From contig JAFGGP010000035.1 of assembly GCA_016930485.1 (NCBI GenBank), forward strand, positions 16,625-80,624: a stretch of 64,000 nt of DNA, in the 5' to 3' direction. Below are positions 60,568 to 64,000 of the stretch, piece by piece. Below the pieces are notes generated by a model. That model was not told the origin of the DNA and did not search any database. It was given only the letters and a program-made list of their open reading frames with translations. The stretch comes from Candidatus Omnitrophota bacterium (lineage in GTDB: Bacteria; Omnitrophota; Gorgyraeia; JAFGGP01). How positions within the stretch are numbered: the first letter of the stretch is position 1; the number at the start of each line of letters is the position of its first letter. The position numbers were made by a program, and so were the translations under genes.

Positions 60568-63500
60568 TCAGAAATCCATCGTCCACTCAATCTCAAAATA
60601 GTCCCGGTTATACGCACTTGAGATATTCGGCTCGTACGGATTATTCTTGTGTTCATAGGTTAAATCCACCGAGTTATTGCCGCTGGCCGATTCATATGAC
60701 GCCGTCAGTTTGAGCGTCTCCAGCTGATAGTTATCCGATGTGGTGTTCAGCCGGTCTTTCCAGCTGTATTCAAAACCGATGTCCCATCGTTCGGTCAGCT
60801 CATAATCAACATCACATGAATACTCCTTCTCGGTGTATGCCCGGGTAGATGAACCAACGTATGTCTTATGTTCCTTGCTCACGCTGAAATCAAAAGAGAG
60901 TTTGTCCCAGTAATCGTTCTCGATGGTAAAACTAACATCCTCTTTCTTTTCATCCGTAGCACTCAACGCAGAATCGTCCTTTCGTTCAAAGGTATACGAT
61001 GGCTTAAAGGTGGTCTTCGTCCTTTCCCATTCCCAGTCGAGATCGGTCTGCAACGTCTTTGTCTTATACAACGTTGACAGCGATGTCCACTCTTCGGTAT
61101 AGACCTTATAATCAAAACTCAACTCCGCGTCATTGAGTATAGTAAAGGCAATCTGGGGATTGATTGTCCGGTAGCGTTTTCTGGTCGATTGATCCTTGTT
61201 GAGATTTGTCTTTGCCCACTCTAACTTAAGATCAAACGAATCAAGCGTCCACCGCTTTGCCGAACTCCTCGCATAACCAAAAGTGAAGGTATCGGTCACC
61301 TTATCCTGTGTCTGACTGCCGCCGTCCAGCTTGTAATTTTTCCCGATGCGCTTACGGGTATACCCCAAATCAATCTCATCGGTTACCTCAAAATCGGCAT
61401 CAAAAAGACTGCCGACATCGCTGTACTGGTCATCCTCGGTCAGCTGATCAGGATCATACTGGGTCCAGCCGACCTCCCAGGTCGCCTCAAGCTTTTCATC
61501 AAAAAACTCAAGGGTCAGATCCAATCCAACCGCATCGTTATTTATCGGATCTGTGGATGAGCTGGTTGTCGCTGAACTGATGTCGTCCTTAACCTTCACA
61601 TAGCTGATACCCAGTGCGCTGTTATCGGTCGGCTCGCTCATGATACGCACCGCGTAGACGTCCCGCCGGAACTGGCCGGTCGACCAGTAGGTATCGTTAT
61701 TCTCCTCCTTCTTCTCTCCGACATTAAAGGATTCTTTCGAGTTTCCGGCCACCATGGTCAGTTCGGTCTTTTTAAAAAGTCGCCTGTCCACAAACTCTTC
61801 TTCAAACATCCGCCCGATATTCGGGGCAACCGCCTCCCCCTCCTCAAAGGCGGCGATGCTATGGATAAAACGGTCCGCCTCGGGCTCCTTTGCCGAACGT
61901 GCGTATTCAGACCAGTAGCGAAAGCCGTATTTTATCTCTCCGTGCTTGATGAGATCGGCAAAGTGTGAGACAGAAAATTCCCCGATATCCACCTCGTCAT
62001 CGTCGTCTTCGATATTAATCTTGTAGTAATCAAGGGTATAGCCATCCCACTTGTTGCGGAACCCCTGCATCTCGAGACTCACATCCCGTTTCAACATCTC
62101 CTGTTCCAGTTCAATCTTTTCTGTAACATGAGTCCCTGAAATAGGATATGAGGTCGATGGATCACGGTTGTAGTGTTCAAATGTGGTGGTCAGTGCACCC
62201 GAGAAGCCGCACGGTTTTCCAAGGTCGATCTTCGGCTTTGGGGGTGGCGGCTGGAATTTTTCGCGCGCGAGGAGTACCTCCCGTGCATGACGCATAACGA
62301 CGGGGCTCTGCTCATATTCGGAAAGTCTGGCCCGGGAGAAATAGTCACTAACAGCATACCGGAGGGCGTACCTTGCGCAATCCTTCAGATATGCATTCAG
62401 CCGTTCCATCTCCCCCTCCAGCAGATCTCGCCACTGTGCGCATTCCGGAGAGAGTGCTATGGCCTCATTGATATACTGCTGGGCCTTTACGTTGTTTCCT
62501 AAACGCTGGTGACAGACAGCGGTCATGCACAGTGCATAGGACAAAAGGGTGGCATCCGGTATTTCCTTTTCCCCGGGGTCAAGAATGGCATACTCGAGTG
62601 CCCGCGCAACATTTCCTTCTTTCAAAAAGCCTGCCTGTAGGGCCAGCAGATTCGGCACATATTCCGGTTCGAGGTTATAGACTATCATGTACTCGCTCAG
62701 CGCATCTCCGATATCTTCTCCCAGAAAATACAGCAGTCCTGAGAGATAATGCAGTTCCGTTTCCTGGAAATGGGCCTCAAGAACCTTCGCGATCAGTGCC
62801 TGGGCCTCTGGCGGGTCTACCGCCGAATAGACATGCGCCAGATCTTTCTGAACAAAAAGACTGTATGGATTTAAGAGTGCCGCCTCCTCAAGCGCCAGGG
62901 CGCTCTGGCCGTATTTGCCGGCTAAGGCAGATGCAATACCGATATTCCGAAATGAGGGGTCGTGAGTAGGCCTATACGCGCAGACAATGCCGAAGTTTTT
63001 GACGGCCGCTTCATAGTTCCTGTCATCAAAGGCGTTTACCGCCTCGATAAAGTGGCCGAAGGCAAAATCGACTTCAACGTCGTCGTCCACCGTCAGCTTC
63101 GTTAACGTCCTCTCATCAAGAACAATGCGGGCCTGCGCACCCTTGATGTCACTGGCAATAGCAAAACCGGCGATGAGCGTCCCCTGCCGATAGACGTTGC
63201 ACCACTGCCCCTTCTGCAGCCGCTCCTTGACACCAATACTGAGAACAATCTCCCGTGTATCAGAGAGTATCTCAAGAATCTTTCCCTTAAGTTCGTTCTT
63301 CCTGAAATCCTTGGGAATCCCGATAGACTCACGCAATGCCAACCGGGTTCTGGAAAGTTCCTCAAAATACTTTGCCTCCCGCGGATTGAATTCGAGGGCC
63401 GCCTCAAATTCCTGGGATGCCTGAACATAAAGCGCCTTTTCATAAAAGGCGAGACCGGCCTTGTAGTGCTTTTTGGCAATCCGCTTTTTTTCTTTATCGG

Positions 63501-63681
63501 TGAGGTCTTCGGAAGAGGTCCGGGCAGCTGTAAGAATTGGGCCGTCCTGCTTCTGCGACCCTTCCTCTGCCCGGATGCAAGAAACAGAAAGGAAAAACAT
63601 CGAAATGAACGCCATAAGACACACTATACGCCGGCATATGCTGAGGCGGGTATAGTGCTGATCATTCTTAAGATTCTGCAT
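60568..63681 (-). CDS. Large secreted protein: N-terminal TPR region + C-terminal predicted outer-membrane beta-barrel
   Basis: Signal-like LMAFISMFFLSVSCIRA and TPR-like helices over about aa 70-470. The C-terminal ~550 aa have alternating-polarity strands rich in Y/T/D/E and end in YFEIEWTMDF (terminal Phe). The first ATG is at 63681, and the track start at 63690 is GTG. Confidence 0.6.
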   Translation of the reverse strand: MQNLKNDQHYTRLSICRRIVCLMAFISMFFLSVSCIRAEEGSQKQDGPILTAARTSSEDLTDKEKKRIAKKHYKAGLAFYEKALYVQASQEFEAALEFNPREAKYFEELSRTRLALRESIGIPKDFRKNELKGKILEILSDTREIVLSIGVKERLQKGQWCNVYRQGTLIAGFAIASDIKGAQARIVLDERTLTKLTVDDDVEVDFAFGHFIEAVNAFDDRNYEAAVKNFGIVCAYRPTHDPSFRNIGIASALAGKYGQSALALEEAALLNPYSLFVQKDLAHVYSAVDPPEAQALIAKVLEAHFQETELHYLSGLLYFLGEDIGDALSEYMIVYNLEPEYVPNLLALQAGFLKEGNVARALEYAILDPGEKEIPDATLLSYALCMTAVCHQRLGNNVKAQQYINEAIALSPECAQWRDLLEGEMERLNAYLKDCARYALRYAVSDYFSRARLSEYEQSPVVMRHAREVLLAREKFQPPPPKPKIDLGKPCGFSGALTTTFEHYNRDPSTSYPISGTHVTEKIELEQEMLKRDVSLEMQGFRNKWDGYTLDYYKINIEDDDDEVDIGEFSVSHFADLIKHGEIKYGFRYWSEYARSAKEPEADRFIHSIAAFEEGEAVAPNIGRMFEEEFVDRRLFKKTELTMVAGNSKESFNVGEKKEENNDTYWSTGQFRRDVYAVRIMSEPTDNSALGISYVKVKDDISSATTSSSTDPINNDAVGLDLTLEFFDEKLEATWEVGWTQYDPDQLTEDDQYSDVGSLFDADFEVTDEIDLGYTRKRIGKNYKLDGGSQTQDKVTDTFTFGYARSSAKRWTLDSFDLKLEWAKTNLNKDQSTRKRYRTINPQIAFTILNDAELSFDYKVYTEEWTSLSTLYKTKTLQTDLDWEWERTKTTFKPSYTFERKDDSALSATDEKKEDVSFTIENDYWDKLSFDFSVSKEHKTYVGSSTRAYTEKEYSCDVDYELTERWDIGFEYSWKDRLNTTSDNYQLETLKLTASYESASGNNSVDLTYEHKNNPYEPNISSAYNRDYFEIEWTMDF
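63064..63291 (-). other. Beta-rich module shared with the coiled-coil protein (47849..48076)
   Basis: By-eye alignment of two segments. The first is LKGKILEILSDTREIVLSIGVKERLQKGQWCNVYRQGTLIAG...RIVL...VDDDVE. The second is LSGKIISVNEDFGFVVIDLGRQDALDVGTIFSVYRQEDLIGK...ATVL...INDVVE. Confidence 0.45.
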
Positions 63682-63926
63682 AGCAGTCACATAACTCTGT
63701 GAGTGTTATCAGATAGAAAGAGTACATCCCTCCTTTTCTGCCCTATTACCCATCTCCGTAGGCTATAAGGACATATGGGAGCCAATGGCCTCTAAATAAC
63801 CCCTTGGTATCATTATAAAGTTAGATTTAACCTAACATAAGGTGTGCAATAAGTCAATAATTTTTTATATTCTGCTATAAGAAGTGAAATAAAGAATAGG
63901 GATGGATGGTGGTGAAAAAAGACGTA

Positions 63927-64000
63927 TTATTGAGGTGCGGAAGCGCTGCGTTCTTTGAACACAGGATACCCTTTTTCCTTCCAGAGCTCGAGCCCTCCCT
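63927..64000 (-). CDS. 3' end of a gene entering from beyond the window (possibly a rhodanese-like C-terminus)
   Basis: The minus-strand frame reads ...GGLELWKEKGYPVFKERSASAPQ-TAA. Only 24 codons are visible, so the call is weak. Confidence 0.3.
   Translation of the reverse strand, partial: GGLELWKEKGYPVFKERSASAPQ

Noticed and set aside
63691-63745. 19-codon upstream ORF (ATG TAC TCT ... TAA) preceded by AAGGAGGG, upstream of the 1040-aa gene
   Set aside because: The SD-like sequence abuts the ATG with essentially no spacer, and the peptide has no recognisable features. It is probably chance.

Overview
A 64-kb window with no rRNA, tRNA, CRISPR array, transposase or integrase that I can recognise. 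I call about 65 protein genes, and all but four are on the minus strand. The gene content (Mbh/Mrp hydrogenase, pta-ackA, DUF1570, PilMNOP) suggests an anaerobic, diderm, probably uncultivated bacterium, but the lineage cannot be assigned from sequence alone.

Layout:
- (1) 1-22.5 kb, housekeeping genes. These are a partial S8 peptidase, a cyclophilin, a Ycf46-like AAA ATPase, surA-pdxA-rsmA, a shortened mfd, argS, rsfS, two CNNM/CorC paralogues, nadD-proA-proB-obg-rpmA-rplU-rng, and pilMNOP without a secretin.
- (2) 22.6-23.9 kb, glgC.
- (3) 23.9-44.5 kb, one long co-directional hydrogenase supercluster. Its order is rrf2, hypF-C-D-E, a promoter plus structured leader, a sulfhydrogenase-type beta/gamma NAD(P)H module with a polyferredoxin, the NuoH/B/C/D-like core of a group-4 [NiFe]-hydrogenase, a complete mrpA-G-like antiporter set, a NuoI-like ferredoxin, the maturation protease, hypA, and translationally coupled pta-ackA.
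- (4) 44.7-64 kb, a cluster for envelope proteins and second-messenger signalling. It holds an AMIN-TM-coiled-coil-PilZ-2xCBM48 protein, a coiled-coil partner, a DUF1570-like protein, a CHASE2 adenylate cyclase, two cNMP-binding proteins, a GAF histidine kinase, pilT, two CheY-like receivers, an MBL hydrolase, a TPR/FN3 lipoprotein and a 1040-aa TPR + beta-barrel protein.

Best candidates for something undescribed:
- the NAD(P)H-module / Mrp-Mbh hybrid hydrogenase operon
- the AMIN-PilZ-CBM48 protein and its neighbourhood
- several structured non-coding inserts inside the hydrogenase cluster (30644-30778, 38964-39195, 40219-40389)

All domain calls come from reading motifs by eye. No database search or computation was run.
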